Source of the DNA: an uncultured Nitrospiraceae bacterium
GTDB lineage: Bacteria; Nitrospirota; Thermodesulfovibrionia; Thermodesulfovibrionales; UBA6898
Assembly (NCBI GenBank): GCA_963811165.1
Contig: CAWEQH010000008.1
Coordinates: forward strand, 32,001-96,000
DNA length: 64,000 bases
Reading direction: 5' to 3'
Shown here: piece after piece, positions 49,033 to 58,618 of the stretch
Numbering within the stretch: the first letter of the stretch is position 1
Layout of the letters: each line of letters begins with the position of its first letter
Program-made: the position numbers and the translations under genes
Notes under the pieces: model-generated
The model's input: only the letters and a program-made list of their open reading frames with translations
Database searches by the model: none
Told to the model about the DNA's origin: nothing

Positions 49033-51267
49033 TCAGCCGCATTTCGTGAATCCGCAGCTACGGCAGACCGCGCACCCTCCTTCGTGCTCTACCGCTCCGC
49101 CGCATTCGGGACACTGTCCTATGCGCATTATCTCGCCATGGCCGTTGCCGCCGTTGCCGTTGCCCTTTTCGCCCCTCTGGAGATATTTTTCCAGGGCCTT
49201 CGCGATCGCGTCCGAGCAGGAAGTGATCTTGCCGCCGTTTGCCCATGTCTGCTCATGGCAGGTGATGCCCTTGAGCTGGCTGATTATTACTTCCGGTTCT
49301 ATATTGGATCGGAGGGCCAGGCTTACGAGTCTGCCTATCGCCTCCGCCTGGCTTGCGGCGCATCCCCCGGCCTTGCCCATATGGGTGAAGAGTTCGAAGA
49401 CCTGGCCGTTTTCGTCCTCATTTACCGTTATATAAATGTTGCCGCAACCGGTCTTCATGCCTCTTGTCTCGCCCTTAATGTTCTCGGGCCTCTTCCTCGG
49501 CACGATCTTCATCTGTTCCGGGCGGACGGGCTCCGTCTCTTTATTCGTCTTGCCGGTAGAGAGTACCTGGTCTTCCCTAGAACCATCGCGATAGACGGTG
49601 ACGCCCTTGCAATTAAGCGTATAGGCGAGCATGTAAACGTCCTCCACGTCATTAGGTGAGGCGTCATGGGAGAAGTTGACCGTCTTAGAAACCGCGTTGT
49701 CTACATATTTCTGGAAGGCGGCCTGCATGGCGATATGCTCCATAGGTGAAATGTCGTGAGCGGTCACGAATACCGCCTTGACGTCCTCGGGTATCTCCGT
49801 GAAGTCATGGAGGGAGCCTTTGTCTGCGATCCTCTCCATGAGGTCTCTCGACCAGAAGCCGCGCTCTTTCGCGACTTTTTCGAAATATGGGTTGACCTCG
49901 AGGAGCTTTGTCCCTTCCATCACATTTCGAACAAATGAGACGGCAAAGAGCGGCTCTATGCCCGAGGAGCATGAAGCGATAATCGAGAGCGTTCCCGTCG
50001 GTGCGATCGTCGTCACGGTTGCGTTTCTTAACCGCGCCTTCCCGCTGAATATACTGCCTTCATAGTTTGGGAAGACGCCTCTGTCTTCGGCGAGGGCAGC
50101 CGATGCAGACTTTCCTTCCCTTTGTATGAACCCCATGACCTCTTCGGCGAGATGTATCGCACTGTCGGAGTTATAGGGGATGTTCATCTGTATGAGCATA
50201 TCGGCAAATCCCATCACGCCGAGGCCTATCTTCCTGTTGGATTTAGTGACCTCATCGATCTTCTTAATAGGGTATTTGTTTACGTCAATTACGTTATCGA
50301 GGAAGTGGACCGCCTTCCATACGGTCCGCTTCATCTTTTCGTAGTCGACGGCACTGTCTTTGACCATCTTTGCGAGGTTTATCGACCCCAGATTGCAGGA
50401 CTCAAAAGGCAGAAGAGGCTGTTCGCCGCAGGGGTTTGTTGACTCGATCCGTCCTATCTTCGGTGTGGGATTGGACTTGTTGATCCTATCAATAAAGACA
50501 ATGCCGGGCTCGCCGTTTTTCCATGCGTGGGTAACGATCAGGTCGAAGACCTCCTTTGCCCTGAGGCTATGCACCACCTTCTTCGTCCTGGGGTTTATAA
50601 GGTCGTATTTGTCGTCTTCTTTCACGGCCTTCATGAATTCGTCGGTGATGGCGACGGAGATGTTGAAGTTATTGAAACGGGAGTTATTGTCCTTTGCGGT
50701 AATGAAATTGAGGATGTCGGGATGGTCTACGCGCAGTATCCCCATGTTGGCACCGCGCCTTGTACCGCCCTGTTTCACCGCCTCCGTTGCGGTATCGAAG
50801 ACCGTCATGAAGGATATTGGCCCAGAGGATACGCCCTTCGTAGACCCCACAATGTCGCCGCTGGGTCTCAGATTTGAAAAACTGAACCCTGTTCCCCCTC
50901 CCGATTTGTGTATAATCGCCGTATTTTTGACCGCATCGAAGATCGACTCCATAGAATCATCAACCGGCAGCACAAAGCATGCGGAGAGCTGGCCGAGTCT
51001 CCTTCCGGCATTCATAAGCGTAGGGCTGTTGGGAAGAAAGTCGAGGGATGTGATGATCGAATAGAACTCCTCCTCAAGGAGCACTACGTCGGCCTCAGAT
51101 TTGCCGTATTTCATATCTGCAGAGGCTATTGTCTTTGCGATTCGCCTGAAGAGTTCTTCGGCGGTTTCGATAACTTTTCCATCTTCGTTTTTTTTCAGAT
51201 ACCTCTTCTCAAGGACTTTTAACGAGTTGGGCGTGAGATTGATTTTAGAAGAAAAAGAAGTTTCCAT
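49033..51267 (-). CDS. nrdJ: Class II (adenosylcobalamin-dependent) ribonucleotide reductase with C-terminal TSCPD/Zn-ribbon domain
   Basis: PNSPTLMNAG, QLSACFV, GGTRRGANM, TNPCGEQPL, CNLGSINL, TIAPTGT, TSCSDAI, CPECG..EGGC..C..CG. Confidence 0.96.
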   Translation of the reverse strand: METSFSSKINLTPNSLKVLEKRYLKKNEDGKVIETAEELFRRIAKTIASADMKYGKSEADVVLLEEEFYSIITSLDFLPNSPTLMNAGRRLGQLSACFVLPVDDSMESIFDAVKNTAIIHKSGGGTGFSFSNLRPSGDIVGSTKGVSSGPISFMTVFDTATEAVKQGGTRRGANMGILRVDHPDILNFITAKDNNSRFNNFNISVAITDEFMKAVKEDDKYDLINPRTKKVVHSLRAKEVFDLIVTHAWKNGEPGIVFIDRINKSNPTPKIGRIESTNPCGEQPLLPFESCNLGSINLAKMVKDSAVDYEKMKRTVWKAVHFLDNVIDVNKYPIKKIDEVTKSNRKIGLGVMGFADMLIQMNIPYNSDSAIHLAEEVMGFIQREGKSASAALAEDRGVFPNYEGSIFSGKARLRNATVTTIAPTGTLSIIASCSSGIEPLFAVSFVRNVMEGTKLLEVNPYFEKVAKERGFWSRDLMERIADKGSLHDFTEIPEDVKAVFVTAHDISPMEHIAMQAAFQKYVDNAVSKTVNFSHDASPNDVEDVYMLAYTLNCKGVTVYRDGSREDQVLSTGKTNKETEPVRPEQMKIVPRKRPENIKGETRGMKTGCGNIYITVNEDENGQVFELFTHMGKAGGCAASQAEAIGRLVSLALRSNIEPEVIISQLKGITCHEQTWANGGKITSCSDAIAKALEKYLQRGEKGNGNGGNGHGEIMRIGQCPECGGAVEHEGGCAVCRSCGFTKCG

Positions 51268-51325
51268 GTCCTATCCCCCGGGTCTCTTAATTTAATAGTT
51301 TACTGCCATTATTAGAAATGATGGC

Positions 51326-51372
51326 TTACAACAATTTGTATGTTTAAAGAATTAAACCACAACATATTGTGC
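51326..51372. promoter_or_regulatory. Tandem NrdR boxes
   Basis: ACAACAATTTGT (51328) and ACAACATATTGT (51359) lie 31 bp apart upstream of nrdJ, matching NrdR-box consensus and spacing. Confidence 0.8.
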
Positions 51373-51511
51373 ATGTCAAGACAAAAAAAAAGAAAAAATC
51401 AACCATTTGATTTTTAATAATTTTTCCAGTGAAATGCCTGTTTGCTATTTGTCAGTTCAAAATCACGGCCGATCATGTATTATAACGAATGGCCGGAAAA
51501 GGTTGCCAGTT

Positions 51512-52417
51512 ATGAAAATTACCTCCATATTTTTGAGTATCCTGCTAATCTTCTCACTTATCATTTATTTTTTCGCCAGGGAAGTGATGATAGCCCAGCC
51601 GGCCATCTGTAAGGCTTGTCATTTCATCTACCCGTATTACAACAAATGGGAAAGGTCAACGCATAAGATGGTGCCTTGCCTAAAGTGCCACGAGTACGGG
51701 CCCCTGAATGCGATTTCAGGACAACTCCGCTTTATCGCAGGCACTTATAACCCCAGGCCGCTTACGAATGTGCCTGATTCCAAGTGCCTCCAGACAGGGT
51801 GCCATGAGATGAGACTGATAGAATCGAAGGTAAATTTTACGCGGCAGATGATTGTATTTGATCACAAACCCCATTTCACCCAGCACCGCAGGGGAATAAA
51901 CCTCCACTGCCGGAGCTGCCATTCCGATATCGTCCAGGGTGAGCATATGAAGGTCTCCGTAAACGTCTGTTTCCTCTGCCATCTGAATGTCGGGGACGCT
52001 TCCGAGAACAAAAAACGATGCACAGTCTGCCATAATGAGCCGAAGGCAACCGTTCAGTACAAAGGGTTTTCCTTCAAACACATCAAACCGCTTGAAAAAG
52101 GGTATTTATGCATCGACTGCCATACGTCGGTAAAGCTCGGTGATGGTGCTGTCCCGAAAGAAAGGTGTTTTTTCTGCCACGTCGACAGGACTGAAAAATT
52201 CAAGGACCCGGAATTCGTTCACAGGCAGCACGTTACGAAAAAGCAGATATCCTGTTTCTTCTGTCATGAACTCGTTGAACACGGAAGTGTCAAGATTGAA
52301 AACGTAGAAAGGATATTACAGGACAAAACGCCCAAAAATAAGGGGCACGGGATAGACGTACGATCGCCCGATGACTGCCGTAACGAAAGAGGAGACGATG
52401 CCGGGGCGTTTTCCTAA
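51512..52417 (+). CDS. Membrane-anchored multiheme cytochrome c (8 CxxCH + 1 CX4CH)
   Basis: N-terminal TM; CKACH, CLKCH, CLQTGCH, CRSCH, CFLCH, CTVCH, CIDCH, CFFCH x2. Confidence 0.92.
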   Translation: MKITSIFLSILLIFSLIIYFFAREVMIAQPAICKACHFIYPYYNKWERSTHKMVPCLKCHEYGPLNAISGQLRFIAGTYNPRPLTNVPDSKCLQTGCHEMRLIESKVNFTRQMIVFDHKPHFTQHRRGINLHCRSCHSDIVQGEHMKVSVNVCFLCHLNVGDASENKKRCTVCHNEPKATVQYKGFSFKHIKPLEKGYLCIDCHTSVKLGDGAVPKERCFFCHVDRTEKFKDPEFVHRQHVTKKQISCFFCHELVEHGSVKIENVERILQDKTPKNKGHGIDVRSPDDCRNERGDDAGAFS

Positions 52418-52680
52418 TCGAAGAGGCCTGTAAGGGCGTTGGCCCTTTCCTCTATATTCTTGGTTATGCTTTCCTGGGCTTCTTTTAACTTCTGCAATTC
52501 GTCGGCGATGTTCAGGGACGCAAGGATTGCGGCCTTTAGCGGTGATATCCCCGGCGAGGAGTTATAGACCTCCTTGAGTTTCTCATCTACGAATGAGGCC
52601 AGCCCTTTAATATAGTCTTCCGGAGCGTCTCCCTTGAGAGTATATTTTTGACCCAGGATAGTGACCTCGATGCTCCCCAT
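52414..52680 (-). CDS. zapA: Cell division protein ZapA
   Basis: IEVTILGQKYTL, LASFVDEKL, AAILASLNIADEL. Confidence 0.92.
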   Translation of the reverse strand: MGSIEVTILGQKYTLKGDAPEDYIKGLASFVDEKLKEVYNSSPGISPLKAAILASLNIADELQKLKEAQESITKNIEERANALTGLFD

Positions 52681-52687
52681 ATCCGCC

Positions 52688-52906
52688 TCAGCTCTCTATC
52701 GTTTCGAGTTCGTTAAGGAGCTCTTCCAACTGAAAGCCGATAGAACTTTTCTCCGTCTTCAACGATTCTACCTCCTGGTTCTTCTCGTCCAGAAGCGCCT
52801 CGAGCTTTTTTATCTTTTTTTCGAGATCTATTTTTTCTTCCTTCAATGCCTTTACCCGCTCCACTGCGGCGGTGATCTTTTCCTCAAGATTTTTCAGTCT
52901 ATCCAA
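52688..52906 (-). CDS. zapB: ZapB-like coiled-coil protein
   Basis: Pure coiled coil upstream of zapA; TTG at 52906 preceded by GGGAGG (longer ORF to 53014 possible). Confidence 0.7.
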   Translation of the reverse strand: MDRLKNLEEKITAAVERVKALKEEKIDLEKKIKKLEALLDEKNQEVESLKTEKSSIGFQLEELLNELETIES

Positions 52907-53077
52907 TGGCTGGACCTCCCTGTTTATTTTGGAAGAATCTGTCCTTATTTTCCCGGCGGATTCTTTTCCATGGGTATCATCGTCAAATAGGGTTTTTCCC
53001 CATTCCATTTTCATAAAATACCAAATGTAAACCCTGTCTGTCTATACACCCGATACAGAAGTTACATGAATACTCTC

Positions 53078-53599
53078 TTACTGGCCCCTGTCGTGTCCCT
53101 CGCTGCCGCCGCTGAGCATTTTTTCTACGGAAGGCAAAAGCCTTATCTTGACGACCACCTTGCCGTCTTTGACCCTATAGTCCGTGTCAAGAACATCATC
53201 GATCCCGAAGACAAAAGGAAGATAAAGGGGCCGTATCTCGTACCCGAGCACATCTCCCTTTGCATCGACAAGCTCGCCTAGCTGGGCCCTGTGAAATGCG
53301 GGGTTACAGCCAACAAACTTCCGGGCCACTTCAAGGGCCTCCTTTGCGGGAACCCCCTTTACGGTGCGGTAATTAAAATCAGGGGCAAAAATATCAAAGA
53401 CATACGGGCCGCCTTCCTTTGCGAGTATCGCGACCGATTCGAGGTCGTCTTGGTAGCTGCAGCCATAAAGTATCAGCGTATAGCTTCCGGTTACCGTGCT
53501 CTCGGTGGTTGATTTTATATCCAGCCGATTTCCAAGGGAGCATGAACCCAGGGTCATCGCCAGGACAGCCAGCAAAATTATGTACATAACCCTCTTCAT
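53078..53599 (-). CDS. Hypothetical lipoprotein
   Basis: MKR + hydrophobic stretch + lipobox LGSC. Confidence 0.75.
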   Translation of the reverse strand: MKRVMYIILLAVLAMTLGSCSLGNRLDIKSTTESTVTGSYTLILYGCSYQDDLESVAILAKEGGPYVFDIFAPDFNYRTVKGVPAKEALEVARKFVGCNPAFHRAQLGELVDAKGDVLGYEIRPLYLPFVFGIDDVLDTDYRVKDGKVVVKIRLLPSVEKMLSGGSEGHDRGQ

Positions 53600-53625
53600 G
53601 GTTATATTATAGCTCTTTTTTCAAG

Positions 53626-54290
53626 CTATTGCGAAATGAGTTCCCTGAAATCATCAAGGGACGGGAACTCCCTAGAACTCCCCTTTTCCGCCTTTGAACT
53701 TGAGAACGATTTATAAAGAATATATCTTATCCCGAATTTTTTTGCCGCCCTAAGTACCGCCTTGGTATCGTCTATAAATAAGGACTCCTCCTTCTTAAAC
53801 CCGAGTCGTTTTTCGGCCTTTTCCCAAAATTCCTGCATCTCCTTGGGATAGCCTATTTCAAACGACGTTACCGTAGCGTCGAAAAACCTTCCAATTCTGG
53901 TCTTTTTCAGTTTGATGTCAAGAACCTTATAGTGGGCGTTTGTGACGAGGAAGACCTTTTTTTTGCGCCGCTTCAGCATCTTGAGGAATTCCTCCACATG
54001 GGGATGTACCTCGATGAGGTGTTTGATCTGCTCTTTAAGGGCCGGGATGTCTATGTCCACCTCCCTGGACCAAAAGTCTATGTCGGTCCAGTTCAGCGTG
54101 CCTTCATGGGCCTTATATTTTACGAGCAGTTCTTCTTTTGCCTTGCCGAAGGTGATGTTTTTTTCTCGGCATATTTCTCCGGCAGAAGGTGTTCCCAGAA
54201 GTAGTCGTCGAAATATTTGTCGAGCAACGTCCCGTCCATATCCAAAAGGACATACCTGATATCGGCTAGTGGAATTATTGTGGTATACAT
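53626..54290 (-). CDS. HAD hydrolase, YrfG (GMP/IMP nucleotidase)-like; frameshift in the A7 run (minus strand) at 54158-54164
   Basis: LLDMDGTLLD.YFDDYFW motif I upstream joins TLNWTDIDFWS, LVTNAH, GYPKE, LFIDD when one A is added. Confidence 0.88.
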
Positions 54291-54344
54291 CGCATACTCC
54301 TTATGGGAAGACTGAAGGCGGCCGAAAAGGCCGTATGTGTGCGG

Positions 54345-54932
54345 CTACAGTTTTCCCTTTGTCGAGGGCACGCCTTTTACGCGCGGGTCGATCTCGACCG
54401 CCTGTCTAAGCGCCCTGCCGAGTGCCTTGAAAACCGCTTCGATTATATGATGGGTATTTCTGCCATAAGGGACTAAGACGTGGAGCGTGGTCCCTGAGTG
54501 GCTGACAAAGGCCTGCAGAAAATCCTCGATAAGATCGGGATCAAAATCCTTTAGTTTGCTCTTTTTCGGGAATTCGACCCGGTAAATGAGATAGGGCCTC
54601 CCGCTCATATCGAGATTTACCGAGGCCAGAGACTCGTCCATCGGTACCGAGGCCTGGCCGTAACGGCGTATCCCCCTCATGTCGCCAAGGGCCTGCCTGA
54701 ACGCTTTTCCAAGGACTATCCCCGTGTCTTCTACCGTATGATGGTCATCGATCTCGATGTCGCCCTTTGCCTTTATTTTAAGGTCGAAAAGACCGTGCTT
54801 TGACATAAGGGAAAGCATATGATCCAGAAAGGGGATAGAAGTATTTATCGTGTATCTGCCTGTGCCGTCGAGATCTATCTCTATCTTTATGACTGTCTCT
54901 TTGGTCTTCCTCTCAACCGAGGTTCTCCTCAT
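54345..54932 (-). CDS. hisB: Imidazoleglycerol-phosphate dehydratase
   Basis: [33 protein letters not shown]. Confidence 0.98.
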   Translation of the reverse strand: MRRTSVERKTKETVIKIEIDLDGTGRYTINTSIPFLDHMLSLMSKHGLFDLKIKAKGDIEIDDHHTVEDTGIVLGKAFRQALGDMRGIRRYGQASVPMDESLASVNLDMSGRPYLIYRVEFPKKSKLKDFDPDLIEDFLQAFVSHSGTTLHVLVPYGRNTHHIIEAVFKALGRALRQAVEIDPRVKGVPSTKGKL

Positions 54933-54960
54933 GTAAGTCTCCCTTTCAACGAAGCGGACA

Positions 54961-55992
54961 TCATAGCCCGATTTCCCTTAAAGCTCCTAAAAAGGCGGTA
55001 TTTTCCGAAGGCTTGCCGACGGTAACCCTCAGGCACCCCCTGACGGCGGCCGTCATATTTCTTACGAGAATGCCCCGGTTAAGAAGTGAATTATATACGC
55101 TATCCGGGTAATTTACCGAAAAAAGTATGAAATTGGCTTCCGAAGGAAACGGTCTGATGCCATTTATCTTTTTCATCTCCCTAAAGAGCCTCTTTCTTTC
55201 AGAGATGATAGCCCTGACGGAGGAGCTCAGGAGTTTTTTCTCTTTCAGCGCGGCAATTGCAACAGCCTGTGAGAGTGAATTAACATTAAAAGGAAGCCTT
55301 ACCTTGTTGACCTCGCCCACAATAGTGTGATCGGCGATAAGAAAACCGGTCCGAAGCGCGGCAAGGCCTATTTTGCTCAATGTCCTCATAATGACGAGGT
55401 TAGGGTAGTCTTTTTGCATAGGAAGGAAGCCTTCTTCACTCGCAAAAGGCTGATACGCCTCATCAACTACGACAATGCATTTTGACCTCTCGATAATCTT
55501 CAATATTTTTTCCGCTGAAAAGCAGTTGCCGGTCGGGTTATTGGGGCTGCTGAGAAATATAAGCTTAGGCCTCTCTGCTTTGATCGCGGACAAGATCTCC
55601 TCCAGGTCGAGATCGAACTCACCATCCAGGGGGATACCGATATTTTTTTCACCCAGCGCCTGGGCGATAATTCCGTACATCGAAAAAGTCGGCACAGGAT
55701 AGAGGACCGGCCCCCCAAAGGTGGCGATAAGATAATAGATCAGCTCGTCCGAGCCGTTTCCTTGCAAGAGAGCATCCTTATTTACCCCGAGGTCTTTTGC
55801 AAGAAGTCCTCTCAGTCGCCCGGCTTCAGGGTCGGGATACCTGTTCGTCTCAAGTCCGCTCACTGCCTTTAACGCACGGCTAAAGCCGTAAGGGCTTTCG
55901 TTTGCATCGAGCTTTATCCTGCAGGGAATCTCCTTCGCATTATATGCCCTGAGACCGGAGACTTCCTTTTTCACAAGTCTTCTGATATTCAT
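54961..55992 (-). CDS. hisC: Histidinol-phosphate aminotransferase
   Basis: [35 protein letters not shown]. Confidence 0.96.
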   Translation of the reverse strand: MNIRRLVKKEVSGLRAYNAKEIPCRIKLDANESPYGFSRALKAVSGLETNRYPDPEAGRLRGLLAKDLGVNKDALLQGNGSDELIYYLIATFGGPVLYPVPTFSMYGIIAQALGEKNIGIPLDGEFDLDLEEILSAIKAERPKLIFLSSPNNPTGNCFSAEKILKIIERSKCIVVVDEAYQPFASEEGFLPMQKDYPNLVIMRTLSKIGLAALRTGFLIADHTIVGEVNKVRLPFNVNSLSQAVAIAALKEKKLLSSSVRAIISERKRLFREMKKINGIRPFPSEANFILFSVNYPDSVYNSLLNRGILVRNMTAAVRGCLRVTVGKPSENTAFLGALREIGL

Positions 55993-56106
55993 CGCGAGCA
56001 TTATATCATAAAAAGCGCGTAGTTCTCCCAAAAACACGGGGTGTAGCGATGCGCCCGGAATTGTTATAAAATATGAACAAGATTTTTAAAGAACGGAGGA
56101 TGAGAG

Positions 56107-56298
56107 ATGAAGATACCAGTTATTGATTTCGAGGCGTGCGAAGGATGCGGTACCTGCGAAGCCCTCTGCCCGGATGTCTTTAAGGTAAAAGAGGACGGCA
56201 AAGCGTATGTGATTAACGCCAAGGCGTGCGAGACATGCGACTGCCAGGAGGCTGCCGATTCGTGTCCGGTCGAATGCATAAAAATGGAGGAGGCGTAA
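56107..56298 (+). CDS. Ferredoxin (single-cluster type)
   Basis: CEGCGTCEALCPDVF...AADSCPVECI; SD GGAGG. Confidence 0.93.
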   Translation: MKIPVIDFEACEGCGTCEALCPDVFKVKEDGKAYVINAKACETCDCQEAADSCPVECIKMEEA

Positions 56299-56307
56299 CA
56301 GGGACCC

Positions 56308-56339
56308 CATAAGCCTGCCGTGACCCCGGCAGGCTTATG
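56308..56339. terminator. Strong hairpin between convergent genes
   Basis: CATAAGCCTGCCG/CGGCAGGCTTATG perfect 13-bp stem. Confidence 0.65.
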
Positions 56340-57015
56340 CCTCAGGCAGTGTTTTTGATTTCCTTTTTTGGGCCGCCTCATCCAGGGCGAAATTTGTCCA
56401 GACGAGATTAAAGACGTCTCCGTAATCTCTCAGATAATCCTTTATCGAGCCTGAGCTGTCGACATTTTTTATATACCTCTTAAACTGCTTGTTGACTGAG
56501 GTGAGCACGTCTTGCTTTCTGTCTGCGGTATACGGATAGACGCATCCACTCATGACAGTGTTGCCGTCAAGGTTCAGGAGCCTTGTCGCAAAGATATCGC
56601 CTTTCTTGAGCCCCTTTGCGAGGTTCTTGTCGCGAAGTGAGAATTCTTCTTCCCGCAAAAGGTCTTTAATGACGACCCTTTTGTCTTTCGAAACGGAGAG
56701 CACCTCGTAAAGACTCAATATCGATCCCTTTATCTTTTTGATAATGTCCAGCTCTTCATCTTTCAAGTCCTTGTTGTCCCTTACGTAGATGTCCAGAAAA
56801 GTCTCCTTCTCCTCATTCACCTTGTGATCGAATATAAGCCAGTCTTCGAAATTGATAAACCCCAGTTCTAAGGCGGTGCCGGTCAGGAATTCGTCAGGGG
56901 AGTGTTCGTCCCAAAAAAATATATATGCCTTATCGATAGTTTCTGCGTGGTTTGTCCTTATCCACTGTATGATCGATTGAAACAACCGCGTTTTAAGGTC
57001 CTCTTCTTTTCCCAT
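56335..57015 (-). CDS. Conserved hypothetical protein
   Basis: 226 aa; F.DWLIFD, SLYEV, G.IFATRL pattern resembles SEC-C-associated proteins (weak). Confidence 0.7.
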   Translation of the reverse strand: MGKEEDLKTRLFQSIIQWIRTNHAETIDKAYIFFWDEHSPDEFLTGTALELGFINFEDWLIFDHKVNEEKETFLDIYVRDNKDLKDEELDIIKKIKGSILSLYEVLSVSKDKRVVIKDLLREEEFSLRDKNLAKGLKKGDIFATRLLNLDGNTVMSGCVYPYTADRKQDVLTSVNKQFKRYIKNVDSSGSIKDYLRDYGDVFNLVWTNFALDEAAQKRKSKTLPEA

Positions 57016-57270
57016 TTATCGTTCTCCTTGGCGTTTTTTGTCGGCTTGAGAGGAAATATATTAACTCTCCGGAAGGGTTTCCCGCAATGTCCCGGTGCCA
57101 AAGGGCAGTGTCCAGGGGACACTTTAGCGCAAAGGCATCCGATCCCGGCGTCGGGGTGTCCTTGACAACAGTGCCCGGCATTGATTAAAAAGGGATATGC
57201 ACGGCGGCCAGAGGATGTTTGAATGTGTATGCGTAAAGGCGTTAAGGGACCGATGTAGCATGGAGATAAA

Positions 57271-57972
57271 ATGCTGATCATCACGGGCACGGGGAGGTGC
57301 GGGACCGTCACACTTGCGAGGATGTTTGGAGGCCACCATGAATTCCGGGTGCAATATATCCTCGATAAATATTTCCTCAAGGCCGACCCCTTTTCAGACC
57401 TCTTTGGCACCATTGAAAAAAGGATTGAGGTGATGCTCGATCTTCACCAGGGGATAAATCGCAGTACCTTCATCGATTCATCGAACCTCTATATATATTT
57501 TATCGACGCCCTGTATGCGCTTGACCCCTCCACCCGGGTCATTCTTTCGGTAAGAAACGGGAAAGATTTTGTAAGGTCGGCACTAAGCCGCAGATGGCAT
57601 GAACAAAATATCTTCGGGACCCTGCCCTTTCGTAACGACCCCTATTATGAAAAATGGCCGTCCATGACCCCACTTCAAAAGAATGCATGGATATGGGTCT
57701 TTAGGAACAATAAGGCGTTAGAAGGGCTAAAGAAGGCGCCGGAAGGCAATAAGATGATCGTGAGGATAGAGGACATCAGAAAAGAAGATACCCTCGAAAA
57801 GCTCAAGGTCTTTACGGGGACAGGACTTAAGGAAAGGGAATGGGCTTCAAAAAGGGTTAACGCGAACCCCTCTTTCGATCTGCCGCCTAAAGAGGAATGG
57901 TCCGACAGCATGAACAGAGACTTTGATGAGATAGCAGGCGGGATGATGCGGTTTTTCGGGTACGCGTCCTAA
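57271..57972 (+). CDS. Sulfotransferase-family P-loop protein
   Basis: GTGRCGT (5'-PSB-like), VRNGKDFVRS (3'-PB-like), C-terminal MRFFGY. Confidence 0.75.
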   Translation: MLIITGTGRCGTVTLARMFGGHHEFRVQYILDKYFLKADPFSDLFGTIEKRIEVMLDLHQGINRSTFIDSSNLYIYFIDALYALDPSTRVILSVRNGKDFVRSALSRRWHEQNIFGTLPFRNDPYYEKWPSMTPLQKNAWIWVFRNNKALEGLKKAPEGNKMIVRIEDIRKEDTLEKLKVFTGTGLKEREWASKRVNANPSFDLPPKEEWSDSMNRDFDEIAGGMMRFFGYAS

Positions 57973-57981
57973 TCCGGATGA

Positions 57982-58356
57982 TCAGTATCTCTCAAGTCTT
58001 ATGGCCGCCGAACCTTTGGCCCTTCGCAAAATTGTTGCGTCGCCGGCGATCCTCCCTACTATATTTACCTCGCTTGCAGGCACCGGCTCAGGACCCTTGC
58101 TCATCGGCGTCGGCCCAAAAAAGATTGCGAGGGCGTTTCCAGGCGGCCAATAGCCTATGTCGCCGATCGATACCTTCGTCGTTGCAGTCTCATCCAGGGG
58201 CATCCTGACCGGGATCTCAAAATAAAATTCGTCTCCCCATTCATTGGGTTTCACTTGGATAGGAAGTATGTCAGCAATGGCCTTTGCCGTGGCTGTGTCG
58301 AAAAGCTCGGCATCGAGCATAATATCTTTGATTACGATCTTTATCTTCACAGGCAT
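57982..58356 (-). CDS. Cyclophilin-like fold protein (DUF369/TM1367-like)
   Basis: WGDEFYF, GDIGYWPPGNALAIFFGPTP, PASEVNIVG. Confidence 0.9.
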   Translation of the reverse strand: MPVKIKIVIKDIMLDAELFDTATAKAIADILPIQVKPNEWGDEFYFEIPVRMPLDETATTKVSIGDIGYWPPGNALAIFFGPTPMSKGPEPVPASEVNIVGRIAGDATILRRAKGSAAIRLERY

Positions 58357-58618
58357 ATGAGTCCCTTGTTGTTAATTGTACCACGCATAAGCCGCACACG
58401 CCCGATATTTGTAGTGGTTTAATTAACCCATTACCCGATATTTCCCCCGGCATAACGGAGGCGAGGAAAAGGAGAAGAACCTGATAACTGATAGGTCTAC
58501 GCAATCGCAACTGTTGAAGAGTTCGTCCCGGCATACGCACCCGTTTTTTTCAACTGACAGGGTCACTCTTTTTCGGACTCAGCGTGCGGCGAGAGATAAG
58601 CCGACGTTTGTTTCATTC

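Noticed and set aside
51268..51510. Cobalamin riboswitch upstream of nrdJ
   Set aside because: Region is short and AT-rich with no B12-box; the NrdR boxes explain it.
52320..52414. 6S RNA downstream of zapA (AAAACGCCC/GGGCGTTTT long-range pairing)
   Set aside because: Only ~90 nt, overlaps the cytochrome 3' end, and lacks the 6S central-bubble architecture.
57060..57200. GC-rich short dyads (GTGTCC/GGACAC) as a structured RNA
   Set aside because: Stems are short and inconsistent; no recognisable family.
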